Part shown: one piece after another, positions 10,695-19,770 of the stretch
How the letters are laid out: each line of letters starts with the position of its first letter
How positions within the stretch are numbered: position 1 is the stretch's first letter
Assembly: GCA_944391505.1 (NCBI GenBank)
Contig: CALXTV010000008.1
Span: forward strand, 2,109 to 66,108
DNA from: an uncultured Alphaproteobacteria bacterium
GTDB taxonomy: Bacteria > Pseudomonadota > Alphaproteobacteria > RF32 > CAG-239
Direction: 5' to 3'
Length of the DNA stretch: 64,000 nucleotides
Position numbers and translations under genes: made by a program
The notes under the pieces: generated by a model
What the model was told of the DNA's origin: nothing
The model's input: only the letters and a program-made list of their open reading frames with translations
Database searches by the model: none

Positions 10695-11174
10695 TCAGCA
10701 CAAAGCACCGACAGCTCGGAAGATTTTCTTGGCCGAAACGATTTCGCCGTCGACAACCATCCATTCGCTGGCTGCAGCCATAAACGAATGACCGGGCTGA
10801 TCATAGCGGATCATTTCCGAATTTTCTTTCAACACATACTCCGGACAGCGGCTGTGTCTTCCGCCGAAAGCCCGGACAAAGATGGCATAAGTCTTCTTTT
10901 TCTTTTCGGGAATAAGAAAATTCATGCAGTTGTAAATAAAATTCTGATACCGGCTGTTCGTCAAAATTCCGTGATAGTAATACACGAAACAAACACCCAA
11001 CCCGGTCACGCCCTCACCTCGAACGGAAAAAGGCGAAATTGACGCTTTGCTGCCGGAATTATCAACCAGAAAGAAACGGCCGACTTGCACGTCGCCTTCC
11101 TTCACAATTATGCCAAGCTGTTCTATACGCGCTTTGGCATCTTTCTTTGATCGAAGATCTTCTTTCATAACCAT
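10695..11174 (-). CDS. Hypothetical protein
   Basis: 159-aa ORF with a TTGACA-16-TACATT promoter upstream and a hairpin downstream. Confidence 0.6.
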   Translation of the reverse strand: MVMKEDLRSKKDAKARIEQLGIIVKEGDVQVGRFFLVDNSGSKASISPFSVRGEGVTGLGVCFVYYYHGILTNSRYQNFIYNCMNFLIPEKKKKTYAIFVRAFGGRHSRCPEYVLKENSEMIRYDQPGHSFMAAASEWMVVDGEIVSAKKIFRAVGALC

Positions 11175-11330
11175 AAAAATTATAATGTTATAAAAATACG
11201 ATAAAGCCCTGGGCTTAAATCATTTTCAAAAAAACAGAATACTCCTAAAAAATAAGTTATTTATGACTGTAAATGTACTCAAAGATTAATTTTTGTCAAC
11301 ACCCGCCGCCCGGTTATCCTTTCTTTTGCA

Positions 11331-11371
11331 AAAAAAAGCCTCCCGGAAGAGAGAACTCAACCGGGAGGCTT
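11331..11371 (-). terminator. ppdK terminator
   Basis: AAGCCTCCCGG...CCGGGAGGCTT with an A-run on the + strand. Confidence 0.75.
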
Positions 11372-11400
11372 CGGATCAAAAAACGATTAATGTTTTCTGA

Positions 11401-14088
11401 CTAGCAGGCTTTTTTGCAGCAGGAGCCTTCTTCCTTCTTGTCGTTCTTGTGACGAACGGCAGCCTGAGCCGCAGCCAGACGGGCAACCGGTACGCGGAAC
11501 GGCGAGCAGGAAACATAGTTCATGCCGCAGGTCTGGAAGAAGTCGATGGACGCCGGATCACCGCCGTGCTCACCGCAAACGCCCAGCCAGATTTTCGGAT
11601 TGGCGCAGCGTGCTTTTTCACAGGCCATTTTAACCAGAACACCGACACCTTCGACATCAATAGAAGCGAACGGATCGGCAACATAAACGCCGCGGGCGCG
11701 ATATTCGTCCAGAATGGCGCCGGTATCGTCACGGCTCATACCCAGAGTGGTCTGAGTCAGGTCGTTGGTACCGAAACCGAAGAACTGAGCGGACTGAGCC
11801 AGTTCATCGGCTTTCAGGGCGGCACGGGGCAGCTCAATCATTGAACCGACTTCGTACTCAACTTTCTTGCCCTTCTCGGCAAAGACCTTCTCAGCCGTCG
11901 TATCGATAATGTCCTTAACGATATCCAGCTCTTTCTTGGAACCGGTCAGCGGAACTTCGATTTCCGGCAGAACTTTAATACCGTTGTCGGCACATTCGAT
12001 AGCGGCTTCCAAAATGGCACGGGTCTGCATCTCGCAGATTTCCGGATAGGTAATCGGCAGACGGCAGCCGCGGTGACCAAGCATCGGGTTGGCTTCATGC
12101 AAAGCGTTGGCACGATTCTTAACCTGCTGCAGGGTCATGCCCATTTTATCGGCCAGTTCCTGCATTTCGGCATCGGTATGCGGCAGGAACTCGTGAAGCG
12201 GCGGATCCAGCAAACGAATAACGACCGGCATGCCTTCCATAATCTTGAACAGGTCTTTGAAGTCCTGCTTCTGGTAAGGCAGCAGACGAGCCAGAGCGGC
12301 GCGGCGGCCTTCTTCATTCTCGGACAGAATCATGGCGCGCATGTCCGGAATACGCTCGGCATCAAAGAACATATGCTCCGTACGAGCCAGACCGATACCC
12401 TGAGCACCGAAATCGCGAGCCTGCTGAGCATCTTTCGGCGTCTCGGCATTGGCACGGACTTCCATGGTGCGGATTTCATCAACCCAGCTCATCAGCTTGC
12501 CGAAGTTACCGGTATTGGTATCGGCTTTGACCGTCGGAACCTGGCCTTCGATAATCTGGCCTTTGGCACCGTCCAGAGATACCCAGTCGCCTTCTTTGAT
12601 AACGGCGCCGGACTTGGTGGTCATGGTCTTGTCTTTGTAGCTGATGACAATGTCATGCGAACCGGAAACGCAAGGCGTACCCATACCGCGGGCAACAACG
12701 GCCGCGTGAGAGGTCATGCCGCCGCGAGCCGTAATAACACCCTGCGAAGCATGCATACCGCCGATATCTTCCGGAGAAGTCTCGTTACGGATAAGAATAA
12801 CTTTTTCACCCTTGGCAGCCCAGGCTTCGGCATCTTCGGCATTGAAGACGGCACGGCCGACGGCAGCACCCGGAGAAGCCGGCAAACCGGTAGCAATAAC
12901 TTTCTTCGGAGCCTTCGGGTCAAGCATCGGGTGCAGCAGCTGGTCAAGCTGTTCGGCACCGACGCGCATAATGGCTTCTTCTTTGTTCAGCAGGCCTTCT
13001 TCAACCATTTCGACAGCCATGCGGACGGCGGCGGCAGCGGTACGTTTGCCGTTGCGGCACTGCAACATCCAGAGTTTGCCGTGTTCAATGGTAAATTCCA
13101 TATCCTGCATATCTTTGTAATGAGCTTCGAGGTTATTGCGAACGTCAACCAGCTCTTTGTACAGATGCGGCCATTTTTCTTCCAGCGAAGTTCCGTCGCC
13201 TTTGGAGCCCATCGGCTGAGGCGTGCGGATACCGGCCACAACGTCTTCACCCTGAGCGTTGACCAGATATTCGCCGTAATAAACATTTTCGCCGGTTGCC
13301 GGGTCGCGGGAGAAGCAAACACCGGTAGCGCAGTCATCGCCGGCATTTCCGAAGACCATGGTCTGGACGTTAACGGCCGTACCCCAGTCGCCCGGAATGT
13401 TGTTCAGTTTGCGGTAGGTAATGGCACGGTCGCACATCCATGAACCGAAGACGGCACCGATACCGGCCCACAACTGTTCCCACGGATCCTGCGGCACGAC
13501 TTTGCCGATTTTCTGACCGATTTCCTTATATTCCTTAACCAGTTCTTTCAAATCTTCGGCAGTCAAGTCGGTATCCGACTTATAACCCTTGGATTTTTTC
13601 ATATTTTCCAGAGCTTCCTCATAGAGGTCGAGATCTGCACCCAGAACCACGTCGGAGAACATCTGCAGGAAGCGGCGGTAAGAGTCGTAAGCAAAACGCT
13701 CTGAACCGGAAGCCTTGGCCAAAGCCTTGACGGTTTCGTCGTTCAAACCGAGGTTCAAAACGGTATCCATCATACCCGGCATGGAAACGCGGGCACCGGA
13801 ACGAACCGAGAACAACAGCGGGTTATTGGCATCGGCAAACTTCTTGCCCATGATTTTTTCAACACCGGCCACAGCCTCTTTGACCTGATCTTTCAAATCG
13901 GACGGATAGGTGTGGTTGTTGTTGTAATAATAAGTGCAGACATCAGTCGTTACCGTAAATCCGGGAGGCACGGGCAGACCAACCTTGTTCATTTCTGCCA
14001 GGTTGGCACCTTTGCCGCCGAGGAGGTTTCTCATGCTGGCATCGCCTTCGGCTTTGCCGTCACCAAATGTATAAACCCATTTAGTCAT
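11401..14088 (-). CDS. ppdK: Pyruvate, phosphate dikinase
   Basis: MTKWVYTFG, LLGGKGANLAEM, GGMTSHAAVVAR, FGTNDLTQ, GVCGEHGG; AGGAG RBS before 14088. Confidence 0.98.
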   Translation of the reverse strand: MTKWVYTFGDGKAEGDASMRNLLGGKGANLAEMNKVGLPVPPGFTVTTDVCTYYYNNNHTYPSDLKDQVKEAVAGVEKIMGKKFADANNPLLFSVRSGARVSMPGMMDTVLNLGLNDETVKALAKASGSERFAYDSYRRFLQMFSDVVLGADLDLYEEALENMKKSKGYKSDTDLTAEDLKELVKEYKEIGQKIGKVVPQDPWEQLWAGIGAVFGSWMCDRAITYRKLNNIPGDWGTAVNVQTMVFGNAGDDCATGVCFSRDPATGENVYYGEYLVNAQGEDVVAGIRTPQPMGSKGDGTSLEEKWPHLYKELVDVRNNLEAHYKDMQDMEFTIEHGKLWMLQCRNGKRTAAAAVRMAVEMVEEGLLNKEEAIMRVGAEQLDQLLHPMLDPKAPKKVIATGLPASPGAAVGRAVFNAEDAEAWAAKGEKVILIRNETSPEDIGGMHASQGVITARGGMTSHAAVVARGMGTPCVSGSHDIVISYKDKTMTTKSGAVIKEGDWVSLDGAKGQIIEGQVPTVKADTNTGNFGKLMSWVDEIRTMEVRANAETPKDAQQARDFGAQGIGLARTEHMFFDAERIPDMRAMILSENEEGRRAALARLLPYQKQDFKDLFKIMEGMPVVIRLLDPPLHEFLPHTDAEMQELADKMGMTLQQVKNRANALHEANPMLGHRGCRLPITYPEICEMQTRAILEAAIECADNGIKVLPEIEVPLTGSKKELDIVKDIIDTTAEKVFAEKGKKVEYEVGSMIELPRAALKADELAQSAQFFGFGTNDLTQTTLGMSRDDTGAILDEYRARGVYVADPFASIDVEGVGVLVKMACEKARCANPKIWLGVCGEHGGDPASIDFFQTCGMNYVSCSPFRVPVARLAAAQAAVRHKNDKKEEGSCCKKAC

Positions 14089-14152
14089 TGTTGTTTCAGC
14101 TCCTATAGCTACATTGTTAAAACATGGCCAAACGTCCCGAAAGACGCGGGCC

Positions 14153-14691
14153 GATTCCTTAGAACTGTTTGCGAATCTATAACATATCGATTGATTCTTC
14201 AAGAAAAATATTCGTTTTTCAGACTTATCCCGACTCCGGCGACTCAATCGCTTTCCCGGGATATTACAAACAACCCTTATCTCTTTCCCCGGATTTACGG
14301 AAAGCCAAAATCCGACTCGGCTGCCGAAATTTTTCGATTCGCCCCTTTTGAGTCCGAGATTCTGCAAAATTTGTGCATCCTTACCGGCACAGGATTCGCC
14401 GCCGCACAAAAAAGCCTTTATTTTCATAAAGTTGCCCCTGTCGTCGCGACTCCCCGATTTTCGCCATTTTCGTCCAAATTTAGACATTCTAAGCTTTGTT
14501 ACAGTTTTGTTAAAATAATAAAAAACAAAGAGATTCACTCACTTTTTATTGTTTTTTAATCAATTTTATGCTATTCTAAAATTCGACAAATAAGGATTAT
14601 GTTATATTAGATTGGATTTTATTCTGAACGAATAATAAAAAGGATTCATAAAAATGAGTTAGACCAAGGGTTTTGCTTAAAATTTGGATTC
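14153..14691. promoter_or_regulatory. Cluster of 14 GANTC (CcrM-type) sites in the divergent ppdK/lipoprotein intergenic region
   Basis: Sites at 14153, 14173, 14193, 14232, 14241, 14314, 14336, 14350, 14358, 14393, 14448, 14532, 14643, 14687. Confidence 0.6.
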
Positions 14692-14801
14692 CGGAAATCT
14701 CTTCTGACATAATTTTTCAAATAAAACTTCCCGAAACTCGCGTTTCCCGAAGTCCCCTCCAAAGAAAATAATAAAAATAATAACAATAAAAATAAACAAT
14801 C

Positions 14802-17252
14802 ATGAGACAATTGAAAAATTTAGCAGTTTCAATGCTGGTAGCGTTGATCTGCGCAGTAGTTTTTGGTGTAAATTTCACTTCTTGCACCAACAGTGAAGAC
14901 GGCATGCCGACTTTCACGGCTTCCGTAAAAAAGGAAATCGTGACCATCGAAAAGACGGACACGATTTGGAAATATGAATACCACATCGACACGATGTGGA
15001 TAGAAAAGCCTGTAATCGTCCGCGACACTCTCATTCGCATAGATTCAATTCCGTACTACATCACAATTGTAGAACGGGATACCACTGTTATCTATGTGGA
15101 TGTTATACAAAAGGAAGGGATCAAGGCCAACGGTCGTCCCGACCTCTTGTATCAGGACGAAGAAACCTACAAAACTTACTATCCCCTCATTGTTGATGGG
15201 ACAGAAAAAGAAGTAGGTACGGACCTGAATGTTCGCGCCTCGATGGCGAGCTGCAACCACAACATTATCGTGGTTGACAACCCGGTTATCGGTGCCCCGG
15301 CATTCTCTGCTGAGAAGAGCACCCGCCAATACCAGGACGGCGACTTTACCAAAATGGAGTTCAAGGCTGCTTGGACTTACAACTTTGGTACTTTCTCTGA
15401 AACCATCAACACCGTGCACGAAAAGGCATGGTACTATGGCTGGGAGATGCTGTCATCTTATTGGACCGGTGGTCTGAAAGAGATTATCTACGGTCAAGGT
15501 TCTGCTTACACCTACAACGGTGTAGAAGGAACTCTGTACGAGAACACTCTCGTATGGGAATTCACGTACAACGAAGACGATGTTCGCACTTTCGAGCGCA
15601 CACACAACTTCTTTGTTCCGAACGAAGAAATCCCGACCGATCCGGAAGCAGTTGCAATCTTCGGCAAAAACTTTACCTTCGAAACTACTTCAGACAACAC
15701 TGCAGTTTCGTCTTTCGAACTGTGGCAGCGTCTGGACAATGGCACAGAAGAAGTTATTGACCGCATTTCTGCAACTTTGTCTTTCCGTCTGGAAAACGCA
15801 CAGGGCGTCGTTGTTACCTTGAGTAAGGACGAAGCTTTTGCTTTGACGGATGGTCAGGCAATCGCCGGAACCAAGAGAGCCGTAGGCAGCCCCCGTCGCA
15901 TTGGCAATATCGAAATCCAGCAGTATGTTGTTGAATACACTACGACGACTGACAAGTCTCAAAGCGTATTCCGCGCATACACCGAAGAAGCAACTTATGT
16001 TGTCTCCAACGGTTTGGGTGAAAATATTGACTTCCTTGCAGCTGATTTCTCGTTCCAGGATAACGGTACGACAGAATTGAGCGCAATGGCAAACGACGGA
16101 AACTTTGAAAGAATGCATGCATTCTCTCAAATCGTTGCTACCTACAGCGACCGCAACCTCAACGGCGAAGGTGAAATTATTCTCCGTCGTCAAATTGAGG
16201 AGGAAGAACCCGAAGTTCCTGCTAAGAAGTTGGAAAGCGTAGCCGAGAAGTCTTTCGACGGTATCAACACTTATGTTATCACTCGTTATTATGACGACGG
16301 TACATACAGTGACACAACTGTTGTTAACACTTACGGTTATGAGCACAGCATCACCATGCCGACACTGGATCGTCTTTACAGAGACAACACCAATTTTGGT
16401 AATCCGACAATTACCAAGAACGGTAACGCCTCTAAGGTTGGTTCCAGCACAACGCGCGGTGGTCTGATCTTCCAGACAATGTCTCAGGTAATGACTGCTG
16501 CTTACAACGGCCATTCTCACGACATTACTCTTCGTTATACGTCTTTGATGTACACCGAAGCTGGTAAGAGCTGCACTCTTTCTGTTCCCGCATGGAACTT
16601 GAGTCACGCCAACACTTCTCTGGGCAGCGTAAGAAACGAAACCGAAAACAACCACAACTACGAGGTTACGCCGGTTGAGTTTTATTACAATGCAGCATTC
16701 GGCAACGAAACCGCTGCTTTGCACAACTGCAACACCGAAGTTTGGAATGACCTTGGGGAAATCCAAGAACCGGAAGAACCGGAAGAACCCGAAGATCCCG
16801 AAAACATTTATGGTATTGCCTCTGGTTCGCAGTCTCACACTTGGGACTACAACAATGCACACCATATTGCCACTATCTTCGTTTATAACATCTATAACGA
16901 AGCCGGTGAATTGGTTGACGGTGGTCTGAAAGGCTTCATCGATGGCAAGGAAGTCGTTAAGAAGTCCTGGTCTGAAGTGAATGATCCGGCCGGCAACGTG
17001 GCAAGCCTTGCTCAAAAAGCTGACGGTACTTGGGTATTCTGCCGCGCTTATCGCAGCAACAATGCCTTTGTATGGAGAAGCATTGAGAAGAGCAACAACA
17101 ACACCGCAATTACGTCTATCGACGTCAATCAGGTGCAAATTGCTGCTCACGGCACGCCGGAGGTCTACATCGCATCATCTTTCAAGGTGAATACTGATGG
17201 TTCTGTAACCGTATCTTCTGCTGAAGGTTCGGCTACCGCTGCTGCATGGTAA
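14802..17252 (+). CDS. Large surface lipoprotein, Bacteroidota-like, with about 3 beta-rich repeat domains
   Basis: Lipobox FTS-C28; D-S/T-hydrophobic cluster at aa 53-95; Pro/Glu linkers (IPTDPE, EEEEPEVP, EPEEPEEPEDPE). Confidence 0.8.
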   Translation: MRQLKNLAVSMLVALICAVVFGVNFTSCTNSEDGMPTFTASVKKEIVTIEKTDTIWKYEYHIDTMWIEKPVIVRDTLIRIDSIPYYITIVERDTTVIYVDVIQKEGIKANGRPDLLYQDEETYKTYYPLIVDGTEKEVGTDLNVRASMASCNHNIIVVDNPVIGAPAFSAEKSTRQYQDGDFTKMEFKAAWTYNFGTFSETINTVHEKAWYYGWEMLSSYWTGGLKEIIYGQGSAYTYNGVEGTLYENTLVWEFTYNEDDVRTFERTHNFFVPNEEIPTDPEAVAIFGKNFTFETTSDNTAVSSFELWQRLDNGTEEVIDRISATLSFRLENAQGVVVTLSKDEAFALTDGQAIAGTKRAVGSPRRIGNIEIQQYVVEYTTTTDKSQSVFRAYTEEATYVVSNGLGENIDFLAADFSFQDNGTTELSAMANDGNFERMHAFSQIVATYSDRNLNGEGEIILRRQIEEEEPEVPAKKLESVAEKSFDGINTYVITRYYDDGTYSDTTVVNTYGYEHSITMPTLDRLYRDNTNFGNPTITKNGNASKVGSSTTRGGLIFQTMSQVMTAAYNGHSHDITLRYTSLMYTEAGKSCTLSVPAWNLSHANTSLGSVRNETENNHNYEVTPVEFYYNAAFGNETAALHNCNTEVWNDLGEIQEPEEPEEPEDPENIYGIASGSQSHTWDYNNAHHIATIFVYNIYNEAGELVDGGLKGFIDGKEVVKKSWSEVNDPAGNVASLAQKADGTWVFCRAYRSNNAFVWRSIEKSNNNTAITSIDVNQVQIAAHGTPEVYIASSFKVNTDGSVTVSSAEGSATAAAW

Positions 17253-17358
17253 TACTGCAGTCAGATAAGATTTCTAAATCCCTGGGCAGGTTTTACCTGA
17301 CCTGGGGATCCAAATAAAAACAAACCCGGGTGTTCTACACCCTCTAACACAAACTTTT

Positions 17359-18198
17359 ATGAAAACTTTAAGATATTTCGCAGCTGTCATTGCAATGGCT
17401 GCAACAGTAATGAACGTAAACGCGCAGGAAACCAGCGCAAGTGTTGAATCTTTCGATTTTACGGCTGTAACCGAAACCGGCGACACCGCAACAATCGATA
17501 TGTCATACATTGATCTGGCAGACGCCTTTGGCGGTAAGCCTTACGATGTAAAGTTCAAAGACGGCGAGCCCAAAGCTACCGTCATCACTGGCTGGTCTGT
17601 CGGCGTTAAAGGCGGAATTAATTCATATATGGGAGCCCAATACGGTGCTTTCGTACAGAATTACTTCGGCTGGGGGCATATCGCTCTGAACGCCGAAATC
17701 AGCGAAAACATGGAGATCGACAAAGATCTGAACCAAAAGTTCCGGTCTTTGGGCGCATCTGTGGACTTCGCCATTACCCTGGCGCACTTTGGCGGCAAGA
17801 AAAACGTAAATACAACGGGCATGACTAGCTATCAAGCTAAGAAGGCTCTCCGTAACGAAAAGTACGGGAGGTTGTGGAGAATTTACGCAGGTCCGTCGGT
17901 GGGTTATCAGTACGTTAAAAATACAACGCACTTTACCTATACCGACCCCGATCCGGACGTTGATGTCCCGGGTACGGTCGACTTTCCTACCGTCAAAGAT
18001 GGTTCTTCCGTGAAATATGGCGCTGTTATCGGTCTCGAAAAGAGATTCTTTGGCAGCATCACCAAACTTTCGCTGGAAGGCCGCGTTGAAAGTTACCAAT
18101 TCAAGAGCTTCGGGAAGAAATTTCAACCCGTCTACGGCTCGGTAACAATCAAGATCGAGTTCGGCCTCGGTCGGCGCCCCAACAAAGGTCGCTTCTAA
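17359..18198 (+). CDS. Secreted, probable outer-membrane beta-barrel protein, Bacteroidota-like
   Basis: Signal peptide ending VNA/Q; amphipathic strands (WSVGVKGG, IYAGPSVGYQY, YGAVIGLE). Confidence 0.7.
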   Translation: MKTLRYFAAVIAMAATVMNVNAQETSASVESFDFTAVTETGDTATIDMSYIDLADAFGGKPYDVKFKDGEPKATVITGWSVGVKGGINSYMGAQYGAFVQNYFGWGHIALNAEISENMEIDKDLNQKFRSLGASVDFAITLAHFGGKKNVNTTGMTSYQAKKALRNEKYGRLWRIYAGPSVGYQYVKNTTHFTYTDPDPDVDVPGTVDFPTVKDGSSVKYGAVIGLEKRFFGSITKLSLEGRVESYQFKSFGKKFQPVYGSVTIKIEFGLGRRPNKGRF

Positions 18199-18230
18199 AA
18201 AAAGAGCCGAATATATTATTATAATAATAT

Positions 18231-18270
18231 AGAAAGGGCGGCGGGTCTTCCTGCCGCTCTTTCCCTTTTT
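18231..18270 (+). terminator. Terminator of the 14802-18198 cassette
   Basis: GAAAGGGCGGCGGG...CCTGCCGCTCTTTC plus T-run. Confidence 0.7.
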
Positions 18271-18285
18271 AAACTCCCCCCTATC

Positions 18286-18419
18286 GTCATCTTCGGCCTT
18301 GAGCCGGACATCCACAGACACAAGGCACGGCCTCACAATATGCACGCAGAAAGCAACGCGCTTCAACAAAGGTTCGTGCCACAGCCGGTGATGCGGTCAA
18401 GCTGGCTGCGGCTTGTCAT
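18286..18419. repeat. Family-B intergenic repeat, copy 1 (GTCAT..ATCCA REP/RPE4-like head)
   Basis: Highly similar to 19470-19612 (CCGGACATCCACAGACACAAGGCACGGC...GCAGAAAGCAACGCGCTTCAACAAAGGTTC). Confidence 0.85.
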
Positions 18420-18536
18420 TGCCGAATCAAGTCCGATTTTCCCGATTCTCGAGTCGCAAAATTTTTCGCCGAGTCGCCCCCTCAAATTACCCAAATCGGT
18501 CATTTTTAGGCTCATCTGCCTGAAAATTCAGCTTTA

Positions 18537-18551
18537 TTAATCACATTTTAA
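18537..18551. promoter_or_regulatory. Perfect CtrA box upstream of the OMP gene
   Basis: TTAA-TCACATT-TTAA; four GANTC sites at 18424-18475 nearby. Confidence 0.45.
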
Positions 18552-18669
18552 GACATTTTAGCTAGATTTAAGCATAAAGTATGCATTTTAGACTTGCGTA
18601 ATTAAACAAATTATTGTATAAAATTAGACAAAATAGACTTTTTCAGCTAAATTTATTTGGAGTGTACTT

Positions 18670-19269
18670 ATGAACAAAAAACTTTTGTCGGCGTTTGCGG
18701 TCTTTTTAATGTCTATGAGTCTGGCCGTACCCGCCTCCGCTGAATGTGACGGTTTTTACATGGGCGTCCGCGGCGGTATTGTCAATCACAACATCGGAGA
18801 TTCAGACGAATCACTCGGCGATCGTCTTGAAGTCGACGACAACGCCTGGATGGCCGGTGCCGCTCTCGGTTATCGTTATACTTATTTCCGCGCTGAGTTG
18901 GAATTTACCTGGCGTGAAGAAACCGATAAAAAAACCGGTGAAATTGATGCCCGTAACAACTCGACCTTCCAGACCATGTCTTACATGTTGAACATTTATG
19001 CCGACCTGACTCCCTACTCCATGTTTACGCCTTATGTTATGGCCGGTATTGGTATGACCAACATCGAATACGAGTTTCAGGGTTTCGGACGCCGCGCCGT
19101 CAAATATGAAGAAGACAACTTCACCTGGGCCGTCGGCGGCGGCTTGTCAGCCAAGCTGACCAACCGCATTAACATTGATGTCGGTTACCGCTTCTGGCAC
19201 ATGGGCGAAATCGAAAAAGCCTCGGTTCGTGCTCACGAAGTTTACGGCGGTTTCCGCTACGTCTTCTAA
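18670..19269 (+). CDS. Small outer-membrane beta-barrel protein (opacity/porin-like)
   Basis: Signal peptide; GFYMGVRGG, FRAELE, FTPYVMAGIG, IDVGYRF; C-terminal F. Confidence 0.9.
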   Translation: MNKKLLSAFAVFLMSMSLAVPASAECDGFYMGVRGGIVNHNIGDSDESLGDRLEVDDNAWMAGAALGYRYTYFRAELEFTWREETDKKTGEIDARNNSTFQTMSYMLNIYADLTPYSMFTPYVMAGIGMTNIEYEFQGFGRRAVKYEEDNFTWAVGGGLSAKLTNRINIDVGYRFWHMGEIEKASVRAHEVYGGFRYVF

Positions 19270-19286
19270 AAATCAGGTATTCTCCC

Positions 19287-19321
19287 CAAAAAAGCTCTTC
19301 TTTCCCCGAAGAGCTTTTTTT
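19287..19321 (+). terminator. Terminator after the OMP gene
   Basis: AAAAAGCTCTTC..GAAGAGCTTTTT. Confidence 0.8.
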
Positions 19322-19359
19322 ATTTCTGCATCCTTGGCGCAACGTAGGGATCTAAAAAT

Positions 19360-19612
19360 ACAAGGCACAAACTCAATATATGCACGCAGAAAGCATCGCG
19401 TTTCAACAAAGGTTCTCAAAACCGCCGGTAAACGCTCAAGGGCGTCCCCTTGTCAAGCTGGCAACAGCTTGTCATCTTCGGGCGGCACGTAGTGCCTGAC
19501 CCGGACATCCACAGACACAAGGCACGGCCCCACGATATGCACGCAGAAAGCAACGCGCTTCAACAAAGGTTCTCAAAGCAGCCAGTGTTGCGGTCAAGCT
19601 GGCAACAGCTTG
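19360..19612. repeat. Family-B repeat, copies 2 and 3 in tandem
   Basis: ACAAGGCAC..ATATGCACGCAGAAAGCA..TTCAACAAAGGTTC..GTCAAGCTGGCAACAGCTTGT occurs twice. Confidence 0.85.
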
Positions 19613-19770
19613 TTTCTGTACTAAATGACCATTATACAGACATTTCAAAATATTTGGAGAATGAGTCATATAGTAAGAAATAAAGGCAAAAGTACCGGAG
19701 CGTACACAGAAGTACGTGAGGACACTTTTGTCCTGCAATTTCTGTACGAGATGACCATTATACAAATATT
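19613..19770. repeat. Family-A RPE-like palindromic element (126-bp TATAC-to-TATAC unit)
   Basis: Core GGAGCGTACACAGAAGTACGTGAGGA; homologous to 41753-42327 and 49577-50014. Confidence 0.85.

Noticed and set aside
14089-14538. Apparent 150-aa N-terminal extension of PpdK
   Set aside because: Homology starts at MTKWVYTFG with an AGGAG RBS; the extension is a stop-free intergenic frame
14100-14800. Possible replication origin (GANTC-rich, AT-rich, imperfect CtrA-like site near 14499)
   Set aside because: No clear DnaA boxes (TTATCCACA) and no typical oriC-flanking genes; kept only as a methylation island
18340-19765. Short ORFs sharing MHAESNALQQRF (18340..18540, 19450..19683) and 19472..19765
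   Set aside because: They are translations of the non-coding repeats, with no RBS and no conserved frame ends
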